This document shows positions 1 through 10,600 of a stretch of DNA of 64,000 bases, piece by piece. This DNA is from a virus. The number at the start of each line of letters is the position of its first letter. The stretch's first letter is position 1. The translations under genes were made by a program, and so were the position numbers. Location of the stretch: the IMG/VR virus record IMGVR_UViG_3300042881_006586; one strand, written 5' to 3'. The notes beneath the pieces were generated by a model. It saw only the letters and a program-made list of their open reading frames with translations, ran no database searches and was not told where the DNA came from.

Positions 1-2301
1 GTTTACGATTGTGATACAATTGATGGTATCAATTATACTCTTACAACAGGAACTACAATTATATATAATACTGTAACTTCAGGTACAACTCAACAGATTG
101 TATCACAAATTCCATCAGGACTTATACAACTTGATTTCTCAGGTACAGTGATTGAACTTTCAGGAGCTCCTTATGCACAATATGATAATATGATTGTAGC
201 ATTGCTTCGTTCTTTTGCTTCTTATGATGGAGATGAAATTTTGAATTTCCAAGTTGAAGGTAATGTAATCTCAATTGAATCAATTGATGGTGGCATTATC
301 AAACCTTTGGATGACTTCTTAATAAAAGGTACTAAAACAGATGGAAGTACATTTGAATTCAATGTTTCTTTTGATAAGGCAAAATCTAACTATATCTTGA
401 GAGTGTTTGGTAACTTTATACCTTGTTGCCCTAACAATCTACCATTATATGTAGAAGACATATTTGAAACTACTTTCAACAATTTGTTGGCTAATAATTT
501 GATATACTGTATCAAACCTTCAATTTGTTATATCAATACTTTGAATAACTATAAAGAACCTTATCAAGGTGCAATGACTCCTTGGATTGTTTCTGAATTT
601 AGAGGTAACAGAGTAAATAGATTGTTTAGAATTCATACTTTCTCTGATGGTAATGCTGCCAATACAGATATAAAAGTGTCAATTACTAACATTAGACCTG
701 ATGCAAAAACTTTTGATATTCAAGTTCGTTCTTATGGCGATACAGATAGAAAGCCTGTTATCCTTGAATCTTATTCAAGATTGACTTTAAGAGAGCAAGA
801 TAACAACTTCATTGGAAGAAGAATCGGTACTGTAGATGGTAACTATGTATTGAATAGTAAATATATCATGATTGAATTGGCTGCAGATTGTTTGGATGAA
901 TCATTCCCTGCAGGTTTCGAAGGTTATCCTGTAAGAGATTACGATTGTATGGTTAATCCTCAAATGATTTACAAAACTCAATATGCTACAACTGATAAAG
1001 TTCGTCAAACATATCTCGGTTTCAATGATGTGATTGGATATGATGCAGATTTCTTTGATTACAAGGGAAGACCTGCTAATGCTTTGCAACCTTATTGGAC
1101 AGGAACTACTCTTGGTTTCCACTTAGATGTGAATGCTTCTTCAGCTACTATTGATGGAGTAGGTGTAGTTAACTTCGAAACAGGTGCTTATGCTTTCCAA
1201 AACGAAGGTGATTTATTCGGTACGGCTTATGAACCAATTTTTGCAAGAAAATTCACTGTACTTGCCTTTGGAGGGTTTGATGGATGGGATATTCACAGAA
1301 AAACGAGAACAAATACTGACTTATATACAGTTAATGGTGCTTTAGGACAAAAAGGTCTTACTTCAGGAGCTTTTGATGTATATAGCTCTGAAAATATAGC
1401 TGAAGGTCAAACTGTAATAAATTCTGACTACTATGCTTATTTAGAAGGTATTAGAAGTTTGCGTAACAGAAATGAATTTAGAATTAATTTACTTGCAACA
1501 CCAAATGTTAATACTGCTGAAAATTCAAATCTTGTCGAAGAAGCAATTGATATGTGTGAAAACGAAAGATGTGATACTTTCTATGTAACCACTACTTTGG
1601 ATGCGGATAGTTCAGGTCAAGTATTACTTCCGATTGATGTTGTAAGTACAATTCAAGATTTGTATAATTCTTCTTATGCAGCTACTTACTTCCCTTGGGG
1701 ACAATTCCTTGATGAAGTTAATAATGTTTTCCTTTGGTTGCCTCCAACTGCTGAAGTAATGCGTATCTTTGCTTTGACAGATAAAATCAGAAGACCTTGG
1801 TTTGCAGGAGCAGGTTTTGTTGTAGGTGAAACTCAATTTAAACAAGCGAGAAAGAAACTTAGACAAGATGAAATGGATGAATTGTATGAAGGTCGTATAA
1901 ACCCAATTTCAACATTCAGACAAGCTGATGGGACTTCACCTGTTTTTGTCTTTGGTAACAAAACTCTTCAAATTGCAGAATCTGCACTTGATAGAATAAA
2001 TGTAAGACGATTGTTGTTGTATGCTCAACGTTTGATTGAAGATGTAAGTTTACCACTTCTTTTCGACCAAAATGATGAAACTGTAAGACGTAAATTTGAA
2101 AATAAAGTCAATCCAATTCTTGCAAATATCAGAAATGAAAGAGGTATTTTTGCATTCGAAGTTCAACTTGACCGTTCAAATGAAGCATTCAATTCAAATG
2201 AAATGAAAGGTAAGATTGGAATTCAGCCAACAAGAACTCTTGAATACATTAACATTGAATTTGTTTTAACACCTGCAGGTGCATCATTCCAAGATATTTA
2301 A
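1..2301 (+). CDS. Contractile tail sheath protein (5' end outside window)
   Basis: Frame is open from base 1 through the 148 start. C-terminal sheath motifs: YAATYFPW, LPPT, PWFAGAG, LYEGRINPI, FGNKTLQ...SALDRINVRRLL, LLFDQND, IQPTRTLEYI. Confidence 0.93.
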   Translation, partial: VYDCDTIDGINYTLTTGTTIIYNTVTSGTTQQIVSQIPSGLIQLDFSGTVIELSGAPYAQYDNMIVALLRSFASYDGDEILNFQVEGNVISIESIDGGIIKPLDDFLIKGTKTDGSTFEFNVSFDKAKSNYILRVFGNFIPCCPNNLPLYVEDIFETTFNNLLANNLIYCIKPSICYINTLNNYKEPYQGAMTPWIVSEFRGNRVNRLFRIHTFSDGNAANTDIKVSITNIRPDAKTFDIQVRSYGDTDRKPVILESYSRLTLREQDNNFIGRRIGTVDGNYVLNSKYIMIELAADCLDESFPAGFEGYPVRDYDCMVNPQMIYKTQYATTDKVRQTYLGFNDVIGYDADFFDYKGRPANALQPYWTGTTLGFHLDVNASSATIDGVGVVNFETGAYAFQNEGDLFGTAYEPIFARKFTVLAFGGFDGWDIHRKTRTNTDLYTVNGALGQKGLTSGAFDVYSSENIAEGQTVINSDYYAYLEGIRSLRNRNEFRINLLATPNVNTAENSNLVEEAIDMCENERCDTFYVTTTLDADSSGQVLLPIDVVSTIQDLYNSSYAATYFPWGQFLDEVNNVFLWLPPTAEVMRIFALTDKIRRPWFAGAGFVVGETQFKQARKKLRQDEMDELYEGRINPISTFRQADGTSPVFVFGNKTLQIAESALDRINVRRLLLYAQRLIEDVSLPLLFDQNDETVRRKFENKVNPILANIRNERGIFAFEVQLDRSNEAFNSNEMKGKIGIQPTRTLEYINIEFVLTPAGASFQDI

Positions 2302-2309
2302 ATTAAAAT

Positions 2310-3380
2310 ATGAAAAAATTTATAATACAAGAATTAAGAGCATTAGATAAACCCCGACTTGACGAATCAGGTATGCCATCGGGGTTTACCTATGCTATAA
2401 CAAATGGATTTGAAAATTGGGCTGCAAAAAAAGAAAGCTCTGAACTTTCAAATATCTATCAAACTTCTATTGAACTCATAGCAAGTAAATTTGATGGAGA
2501 ATTTGCAGAATATCTTAGAAAATCCCTAAGAAATTTAGGTAGAAGAAGATTCTTAGGAATTAAATTTAAAACAAAAAATTTTAGTTATGTTCAACTTTTA
2601 GCTATTATTTCAAAATATCTTGATAATCCAAAAGATGCAACTAACTATGAAAATGTTTTTGAATTAGTTGGTGTTCCAATGATAGAATACTTTTTAAGTA
2701 AAACTTTTGGAAGAAATAGTTTTTTAGCAGGTTTAAAGCAAATGACTCCTTTTTTACAAAAAGTTTCTACAGGAAATAGTTATCTTGATGGAGTTATTTT
2801 TAGAGCTTTAAATGACGCATTAAAAGATGTTGGAGTTAGAGGTGATTTAAAAGTAAAAATGCAACCATTCCTTACTTTAAGAATAAATAATATTGCTTCA
2901 GATGCAGAATTTAGTAATTTATTTAATGAGAATTTCCTAAAAAGAATGATATATGGAAAAGAGGCTGTAGATAAAATGACTATGATTAAGCAAATCATAA
3001 GATATTTACCTTGGTTAAAAGGCTCTCTTAGAAAGAAAATTGATGAAAGTTTAAGGAATTTAAGTTATGAAGATATGATGAGATTGGGCTTTAACCCAAA
3101 GAATCGTTTTCCTAACGCTGCAGTAATTGATAAAGCTGCAGAATTAGCTACTAAACCTATTTTGGAACATATAATAGATGGTTCAGCAGAATTATATTTT
3201 AGTGATAGCGGATTTGAACCATTGATGCAAGTTGTAAAAGACGTATTCAAGAGTGATTTAGTTGCAAAAGCAATAAAAGGAGCTGTAAGAAAATTCATGT
3301 ATGATGGAGTTCAAAAGGCAGTAGAGCTTCAAAGGAAAAAAGAAGAAGCTAAACGGAACAGAAAATCAAGAAGAAAATAA
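2310..3380 (+). CDS. Hypothetical helical protein with apparent two-fold internal repeat
   Basis: 356 aa ORF between sheath and tube genes. SLRNL and NPK...EL...P[MI][IL]E each occur twice. Confidence 0.6.
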   Translation: MKKFIIQELRALDKPRLDESGMPSGFTYAITNGFENWAAKKESSELSNIYQTSIELIASKFDGEFAEYLRKSLRNLGRRRFLGIKFKTKNFSYVQLLAIISKYLDNPKDATNYENVFELVGVPMIEYFLSKTFGRNSFLAGLKQMTPFLQKVSTGNSYLDGVIFRALNDALKDVGVRGDLKVKMQPFLTLRINNIASDAEFSNLFNENFLKRMIYGKEAVDKMTMIKQIIRYLPWLKGSLRKKIDESLRNLSYEDMMRLGFNPKNRFPNAAVIDKAAELATKPILEHIIDGSAELYFSDSGFEPLMQVVKDVFKSDLVAKAIKGAVRKFMYDGVQKAVELQRKKEEAKRNRKSRRK

Positions 3381-3392
3381 AAAATTAATAAA

Positions 3393-3578
3393 ATGATAGA
3401 TTGTACAAAAGTAAGAAAAATGGTTATCAATCAAATTTTGCCTAATGGTGAAGTTTTGCAATCAGTTATCTATTTTGATATTGATTCAGGAGACCAATTG
3501 ACAGAAAACCAAGTTTCAAAATGTACTAACATACAAGCATTGACTTTTTCATGTGCTGTAGTATGTAACCCTGCTTAA
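3393..3578 (+). CDS. Small Cys-containing protein, paralog A
   Basis: 61 aa, near-identical to the next ORF (MIDCTKVRKMVINQILPNG.VLQS.IYFDID.G.QLTE.QVSKC). Confidence 0.75.
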   Translation: MIDCTKVRKMVINQILPNGEVLQSVIYFDIDSGDQLTENQVSKCTNIQALTFSCAVVCNPA

Positions 3579-3580
3579 AT

Positions 3581-3844
3581 ATGATAGATTGCACTAAGGT
3601 AAGAAAAATGGTTATAAACCAAATTCTTCCTAATGGAGATGTTTTACAATCAACGATATATTTTGATATTGATACAGGTAGTCAACTAACTGAAAGTCAA
3701 GTTTCAAAATGTAAAAATATTGAATCTATCAATTTTATTTGTGCAGATATATGTACAGATGAAGTTATAACTCCTAATTGTTGGTCTACTCCTATTGAAG
3801 GATGTTGGGAACTACCATCAGGGGAATTTTGGGAATTACCTTAA
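3581..3844 (+). CDS. Small Cys-containing protein, paralog B, with Trp-periodic C-terminal tail
   Basis: 87 aa tandem duplicate of 3393..3578 plus the extension CWSTPIEGCWELPSGEFWELP. Confidence 0.75.
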   Translation: MIDCTKVRKMVINQILPNGDVLQSTIYFDIDTGSQLTESQVSKCKNIESINFICADICTDEVITPNCWSTPIEGCWELPSGEFWELP

Positions 3845-3873
3845 AAAAATTTTCAAAAAAAATTTTTTTTTGA

Positions 3874-3880
3874 TATTTAT
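3874..3880 (+). promoter_or_regulatory. (A)TATTTAT putative late promoter of the tail tube gene
   Basis: The same motif recurs 4-72 nt upstream of about 15 start codons, mostly structural genes (see findings). Confidence 0.55.
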
Positions 3881-3917
3881 TTAAAAAATTACAATAAACA
3901 AAAATAACAAATAATAT

Positions 3918-4412
3918 ATGGCAAATTTACTTCTTCAAGCACCATTAAAATATGAACCGAAAACACAGAATAGGTGGGTATTATTATTTCCTGATGATGT
4001 AGGAATTCAAACATGGGCAGTTAAAAAAGTTGATACTCCTAAAATTGAAATGGATAAGAAAACTATTCAATTTTTAAATACTGAAACATATTTTGTTTCA
4101 AGTTATAAATGGGCAGATATGGGTGTTACTATTCGTGACTTTATTGCACCTTCTCAATCTGAAGCATTGATGGAATGGGTTCGTCTTCATGCTGAATCTG
4201 TTACAGGTCGTATGGGTTATAATGTAGGTATGGCAAAAGATATCATCCTTCAATCACTTGACCCTACAGGAGTTGCTACTGAAGAATGGTTGTTGAAAAA
4301 CACAATTGTAACAGGTTCTGTTTCTTTTGGAACATTTGATTATTCAGGTTCAGATATTCGTGAATTAGAATTCACAATGTCTCCTCAGTATTGCGTTCAC
4401 TTATTCGGTTAA
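3918..4412 (+). CDS. Tail tube protein (T4 gp19-like)
   Basis: 164 aa, downstream of sheath. YEPKTQNRW...W.DMGVTIRD...LMEWVR...GRMGY...LDPTG...EEWLLK...FGTFDYS pattern typical of myovirus tubes. Confidence 0.88.
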   Translation: MANLLLQAPLKYEPKTQNRWVLLFPDDVGIQTWAVKKVDTPKIEMDKKTIQFLNTETYFVSSYKWADMGVTIRDFIAPSQSEALMEWVRLHAESVTGRMGYNVGMAKDIILQSLDPTGVATEEWLLKNTIVTGSVSFGTFDYSGSDIRELEFTMSPQYCVHLFG

Positions 4413-4434
4413 GAAATACGAAAATATTTTTATG

Positions 4435-4474
4435 AAGTTGAGTCTATCAAAAATGATAGATTCAACTTTTTTTT
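4435..4474 (+). terminator. Intrinsic terminator after tube gene
   Basis: AAGTTGAGTCTATCA-AAAA-TGATAGATTCAACTT stem followed by a T run. Confidence 0.75.
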
Positions 4475-4516
4475 ATTTTTTTATATTTATTCATACATTA
4501 ATATAAAAATTATAAT

Positions 4517-5305
4517 ATGGAATTCGAAAATAAAATGCAAATGCAACAACCTAATCCTTTTCAAGGATATGAGCCTCAATCAGAAACTTTTAATCTCCCT
4601 TCAAAGGGAATGTTTTATCCTGAAATAGATGGTAAAAGAGTTACAAGTGTACAAGTATATGATTTAGTCACTCAAGATGAAAATATTCTTCTTTCCCAAT
4701 CATTGATTGAATCAGGAGAAATGATTGATACTCTCTTGAAGAAAAAAGTTATTTCTCCATATCCTGTTGATAAATTCACTACAGGAGACAGATTATCTCT
4801 TTTGATTTATATCAGAGCTACAATGGAACAATTCTACAAAATTCGTATAATTGACCCTGAAACAGGTACTCCTTTTGACTATGATGTAGATTTAATGAGT
4901 TTGAATTTGAAAGAAATGAAATATCTTCCAAACCAAAATGGTCACTTTGAATTTAAACTTCCTAAAGATGGTAGAATTGTTACCTTTAGATTACTTACAG
5001 GTGAAGATGAAAAAATTATTCGCCAAAAGGAGAAAAAAGAACAGCAATTGAAAGGTAGTACTGAATCTTTTTATAAGATTTTTAGATTGGAACAACAAAT
5101 TATTTCAATTGAGGGAATCACTGATGTATTTGAAAAAGCTAAGTATATCAGAAATATGAAGATTATGGACAGTAGAAAACTTATGAGCTTTATTGATGAA
5201 TGTATGCCTACTATCGATTTTAATATTGAGGTGTCCGCTCCGAGCGGAAATCGGTTTTTTGCAAACATACCTTTCACCGCTGAATTCTTTTACCCCAATA
5301 TATAA
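4517..5305 (+). CDS. T4 gp26-like baseplate hub / tail assembly chaperone
   Basis: LPSKGMFY, DENIL, GDR, FKLP...VTFRLLTGEDE, C-terminal FF. Lies between tube and tape measure genes. Confidence 0.75.
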   Translation: MEFENKMQMQQPNPFQGYEPQSETFNLPSKGMFYPEIDGKRVTSVQVYDLVTQDENILLSQSLIESGEMIDTLLKKKVISPYPVDKFTTGDRLSLLIYIRATMEQFYKIRIIDPETGTPFDYDVDLMSLNLKEMKYLPNQNGHFEFKLPKDGRIVTFRLLTGEDEKIIRQKEKKEQQLKGSTESFYKIFRLEQQIISIEGITDVFEKAKYIRNMKIMDSRKLMSFIDECMPTIDFNIEVSAPSGNRFFANIPFTAEFFYPNI

Positions 5306-5471
5306 TTCAGAAAGCGTTGAATATTATTTGATGCAAAGATTATATATTATAAAAAGAGGCGGTTTCACATGGTATGATATAATGATGATGCCTATTTGGG
5401 AAAAGAATTATTATTATAATAAACTAATAGAAATTCAAAAAAAAGAAGAAGAAGCTGCAACGAAAAAATAA
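5295..5471 (+). CDS. T4 gp51-like chaperone segment, probably reached by +1 frameshift from the gp26-like gene (alternative start ATG 5331)
   Basis: GFTWYDIMMMPIWEKNYYYNKL resembles gp51. It is in the +1 frame, overlapping the gp26-like stop at TTT TAC CCC AAT. Confidence 0.6.
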   Translation, partial: PIYNSESVEYYLMQRLYIIKRGGFTWYDIMMMPIWEKNYYYNKLIEIQKKEEEAATKK

Positions 5472-5478
5472 AAAAAAC

Positions 5479-5510
5479 AAAGAGGCTATTTCTAAAAAAA
5501 TAGTCTCTTT
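5479..5510 (+). terminator. Hairpin between chaperone and tape measure genes
   Basis: AAAGAGGCTATT...AATAGTCTCTTT inverted repeat, immediately followed by an ATATTTAT motif. Confidence 0.55.
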
Positions 5511-5538
5511 ATATTTATATAAAAAAACTAAATAAATT

Positions 5539-7602
5539 ATGAAACCTGAAGATTTAATACAAGGCGGTAAATTTGTTGGATTTCAATTATTGGATACCGC
5601 TTTAAAAGGATGGGAAGGCAAACTACAAGATGTAGTAGCTAATTTTGGATTAGGTACTATAGATACTGTAATGCAAAAAATTATCCCTGAATTTAAAATG
5701 GGTATAGAGGACTTTACAGTATTTGGCTCAATTAAATATTGGGATAAAATCTTAGGAGCGGTAAAAAAAGCGAATCAAGATTTGGGTATTGCAGGTAATC
5801 TTGGAATGAATCTACAGGATTCTTTTAAAAATTCATATTCAGCATTTGTTGAAATGGGTATAGATTCTGTAGAAGCAGCTAAAAGTGTAAATGAGTTTTT
5901 TGATAAAACAAATCGAGCTCAAATATTATCTACTAATCAAATGACTGAAATGGTAAAAATGAGTCAAACTTTAAAAGATAGTGGAGGTGAAATTATGGCA
6001 TCTTATGGAAGAATAGGTCTTAGTATAACTAATATTTCATCAAGAATGCGTAAATTAATAATAGAAAGTGACAAATTTGGTGTATTACCTTATAGAACTG
6101 CCTTAAATTTAAAAAATAATATTGAGAATTTAAATAAATTTTCATTTAAAAACGGTGTTAAAGCTTTAGAGCAGATGGCGATTTATGCTTCAAGAACTAA
6201 CACTGATATGAAAAGTGCGTTTAATGTTGCAGATAAACTTCTTGATAATAGTATTGAAGGTGCAATGGAAATGAGCACTAATTTACAACTAATGGGAGGT
6301 TCATTTGGAAATATGGGTGATATGTCAGAATTGATATATCTTGCAAGAAATGAACCTGAAAAATTTCAAGAGATGTTTTCTAAGGCTGCTGCAGGTATGG
6401 CGCAATTCAATGAGAAAACAGGTGAAATAGAATATAATGCAGAGGCAATGCAAAGATTCCGTGCAGTTTCTGCTGCTACAGGAGCGAATATGAATGATTT
6501 AGTGGAAGGTGGTCGAGCATTGAAAAAAGAATTGATGATAAAAGATGAATTAGATGCAAGTATTAGAGGATTGAATAACTATGATGCTTTACTTTCAAAA
6601 GTTTCAGGTGCTGCATATAGAAATGATTTAGGTGAATGGGTTGTAAATATTAAAGAAGGTGGTAAAGAAATGCAGAAAGCTGTCAGTGCTTTAACAGAAG
6701 AGCAAATTAAACAGATTTCTTTCACAGATGAAACTAAGGGGCCTGAACAGGCATTTGAGAACATAGCAAAATCTAATGAGACTTTGAATGAAACTATGAG
6801 TAGGTTAATAGAAACCATCAAAACTCAAGCATTAAGTTCTGCTCCATATGAACAATTTAGTCAAGTTGCAAGAGTAGCTGCTGATAATATAAAAGAATTA
6901 GCTGCTCCACTTGTTAAATCGTTTAGCGAGTTAAATGAAAAAGCAATGGAAAATGTTTTAAGTGTTATAAAACCTCTTTCAGAAGGAAATGTTGGCGGTG
7001 CTATGAATGCTGCCAAAGAAAATTTAACAGGGGCAGCTAATAAAGCCTATGAAGCAGGTTCGTATGCTCTTGGACAAATGGGTACTATTCTTTACAATGT
7101 ATTTACTAATGCAGCAAAATATTTAGCTGCAGGTATTGAATGGGGTTTTAGAAATTCTATTGGATTATTTCAAAATGCTTTTTATACTGTTTATGATAAT
7201 ACTTTTGGATTAGTAGGAATGTTTGCAAGAACTCAGGCTCAAAAAGAAGCTCAAGAAAAGAGCAGTAGGGTTAGTTTTAAAGATGTTATAAGTGGTTATG
7301 ACATTAAAGGGATATTAGAAGATACAACAATGCTTGAGGATTTTAATAAAATGTTAGGATATAATACAGATACCAAAACCTCAACAACTCCAAATGTAAC
7401 AAATACAAGTGTCACTGAAACAAAAAAAGAAACTGAAGCTATTGAGAAAAAATTGACATCTGCTTCTGAAGAAAAAACTAAAAAAGTAGAGGTATCTTTT
7501 ACTAATCCAATAACTTTAGATGTTAAAGGTCAAAAATCTGAAATACCTAATAATAATATCATTGATGAAAAAATTAAAGAAGCATTAAAACCAAGAGACT
7601 AA
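5539..7602 (+). CDS. Probable tape measure protein
   Basis: 687 aa, helical, Ala/Met/Gly-rich. Canonical position after the tube and chaperone genes. Confidence 0.7.
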   Translation: MKPEDLIQGGKFVGFQLLDTALKGWEGKLQDVVANFGLGTIDTVMQKIIPEFKMGIEDFTVFGSIKYWDKILGAVKKANQDLGIAGNLGMNLQDSFKNSYSAFVEMGIDSVEAAKSVNEFFDKTNRAQILSTNQMTEMVKMSQTLKDSGGEIMASYGRIGLSITNISSRMRKLIIESDKFGVLPYRTALNLKNNIENLNKFSFKNGVKALEQMAIYASRTNTDMKSAFNVADKLLDNSIEGAMEMSTNLQLMGGSFGNMGDMSELIYLARNEPEKFQEMFSKAAAGMAQFNEKTGEIEYNAEAMQRFRAVSAATGANMNDLVEGGRALKKELMIKDELDASIRGLNNYDALLSKVSGAAYRNDLGEWVVNIKEGGKEMQKAVSALTEEQIKQISFTDETKGPEQAFENIAKSNETLNETMSRLIETIKTQALSSAPYEQFSQVARVAADNIKELAAPLVKSFSELNEKAMENVLSVIKPLSEGNVGGAMNAAKENLTGAANKAYEAGSYALGQMGTILYNVFTNAAKYLAAGIEWGFRNSIGLFQNAFYTVYDNTFGLVGMFARTQAQKEAQEKSSRVSFKDVISGYDIKGILEDTTMLEDFNKMLGYNTDTKTSTTPNVTNTSVTETKKETEAIEKKLTSASEEKTKKVEVSFTNPITLDVKGQKSEIPNNNIIDEKIKEALKPRD

Positions 7603-7636
7603 AAAAAACTCAAATGAAAATATTTAAATAAAAAAG

Positions 7637-10600
7637 ATGGCAACATTATTATCTTTAATAGGCGAAAGTGAAAGATTTCGTATAAAGCCAAAAAATCTGC
7701 AACCGACAGACGATGTGACTGAAAATGGATTTTCATCTTATCTTGATGATTATGGCACTGTTGCGCTTCAGGACTATACAAATGATACAAATATAGAGTC
7801 TCCAAGTGTATTAGATATTGGTACAATTGCGATAGCAGACCGAAAGGATTATAATGTTTTTCCTCAAGATGTTTATAACGAAGCTGAAGTAGAAAGAATT
7901 GATGTTTCTGTTATAGACATGCCTTCTATTGGAGATATAAGTGAAGATATATATCTTTCTAATGTAATATATAATAAGTATGCTAATTTAGATTATATTC
8001 CATTTGAAGTTGAAGATGCTGTAGGAGTTCAAAATCAAAGTGAAAGTTATGGTGATTATATAGCGGAAGTTTTAAGTAATCTTGAACAAAGAGGAAATAG
8101 TTTAGCTGATATTTTTATAGGTCAATGGAATAGAGATGATTCTCCAATTGGAGTTATCGGTGGTCAAGCTTTGAATACTGCTTTACAAAATCAATTTAAA
8201 GATGGTGTTGAAAGAAAAATATTCAGCATTGTCAATAAAAGCCTTTTAAACATTCTTGATGGTGGAGCTCTTATAAGGCAAGATTATAATATAACAACAG
8301 GAAAAACTTTCTTAGGCAGAGCTGTGGAATTTGCTGCGAAATTAGGTGGATTAGAAAATCCAATATCATATCTTCCTGAAGATGCTTTTAATTTCAATAG
8401 AACTAAAACTGTTTCTAAAAATGGAAAAGTCACTTATTTAGGCTCAGGTTTATCTTACAAGGAACAGGTAAACCTTATGTTAGATTATACAGGAAAAGGT
8501 CAACAGAAGCAATTGTTGAACCTTTTGGAAATGAATATCTATCGTGATAAGATTGAAGGCAGAACAAAAACTCTTGAGGCAAATTTATATATTCCTTATA
8601 TTATAGGTTATCCTACATCTTTGAATGCTAAAGATTTCATTGTAGCTGAAACAAAAGCTACAGGTGAATATTTTGAACCTTATGGAGTTGTAAGTAGACA
8701 TAGAAATAATGAAGGTTCTATTGGGGATATAGATAAACAAATATTTTCAGATGGATTTTGGTTTCAATGGACTTTTGATAGTAAAAAGGAATCTATTGGA
8801 TGGATTAAAAGAAATAATAATCCTTTTAGAGATAGTCCTCAATCTCTTTTATTTAAAACACAGGAACTTTTAAAAGAAAACAGTAATATAGGTGCATTTT
8901 TAGATTTAAGTGAAAAATCATTCGTTGAGGTTATTGATGGCGAAACGAGGGTTATATCAAGAAGTGATGGAACTACTGCATCTGCTACAAAAAAATATGA
9001 TGATGGTACAACTATACAAGCAGGAGATTATTTTCGTGTATGGACTAAAGAAAGGGGATATAACAGGCTTTCAAGAGCGTTAAGACATAGAGCTTTAGAT
9101 AATGGAGATAAAAGAAGTGTTTTAAACGAAAACGGTATTCCTAATTATGCTCCAACAACAAGAACTGCCACTGAACAAAATGGTCTTGGAACTGATGATA
9201 TTATCAAGAGATATATGTTTTCTCTTGAGAATCTTGCTTGGAATGACCATATGGATGACTTACCTGAATGTGAGCAAGGCGCAGGAGACCCTTTGACAGG
9301 TACAAGAGGGAGAATTATGTGGTTTCCTCCATATAACTTGGATTTTGATGAAAGTGTTACTGTTAGTTGGAATGACCATTCTTTTATAGGAAGAGGTGAA
9401 AAATTTTATACATATAATAACACTGAGAGAACAGGTAAACTTTCTTTTTCTATTTTAGTTGACCATCCTGATATTATTCATCTAAAGGAATTACAAGGGG
9501 CAAAAACTCAATATTGGGAAAGATATTTCAAAGGAGATAAAGCTGTAGAAGAAGATGCTATTGATAAATATAATAAACAGAAAAAGATTTCTCAAAATGA
9601 ACTTGATGCATTAAATGTAATTAAAAAACCTATTCCTCCGAAATATAAAAAAGTTACAAAAACTATAAAAACTGTTAGAAAAGTTGAGCAAGAAAAAAAG
9701 GTAGAAGTAAAGAAGAAAGAAGATGAAGGTAAAAAAGATGCAAGTAAAGGGTACGGAGACCTTATTTTAAGTGTTTATTTTCCAAATGATGAAACAAATG
9801 TACCTTTAGCCCCTGTAACATATAATTATTCTTCAGAAGATGATGGTTATGTTGAAGATAAAGGTTTATCATTAAGAATATTACAATTGAATAATTATGG
9901 TTATGAGGGAGGTGCTAAAATAAACGATTTAAATTTTGTTTCTACAGATAATTATGTTATAGAAAATAGTTCAGGTTTAAAATATAAAATAAAAGGTCAA
10001 AATACTGCGGTAAATGATAAATTTACTTATAAAGGGGGAACTCTTGCTTCTTGGCAATATGTGTGTAATCAAAATAATTCTCCTCGTGGGTATAAAGATA
10101 GAAATAATAATGGATTAAATAATAAGTTTTATTTTGAATGGAAATCTACATTTTTAAAAATATTGAAAGGAGTTCAAAATGCAGAAGTTACAATAATAGG
10201 TAATGCTTCAGGTGCAATTCCTGTTGGTATTACAAATTCAAGTTTAGCTTCAGGTAGAGCAAATAATGTAAAAGATTGGTTTAATAAAAACGTAATTAAA
10301 CTTTTAAATACTCTTGGTCAAGATACTAAAGGGATTAAAATTGCAGTAGATAGCAAAGGCGATTTAGAAGATACTGAAAAAGCAAAAGAAAAAAAACCTT
10401 TTTGTCAAGATTGTGATGAATCAGATAAAGAAGAGTGCAAAAAAACAAGAAGAGTTGATATTTTTATAAAAGTGTTAACTCCTAATCCTCAACCACAACC
10501 GCAACCTGAGCCACAACCACAACCTGAAATTACAGAAAATACCATTGAAGAGATTCAAACTTTGGAAGAATATGTTCTTGATACGGATGAAGGGAACACT

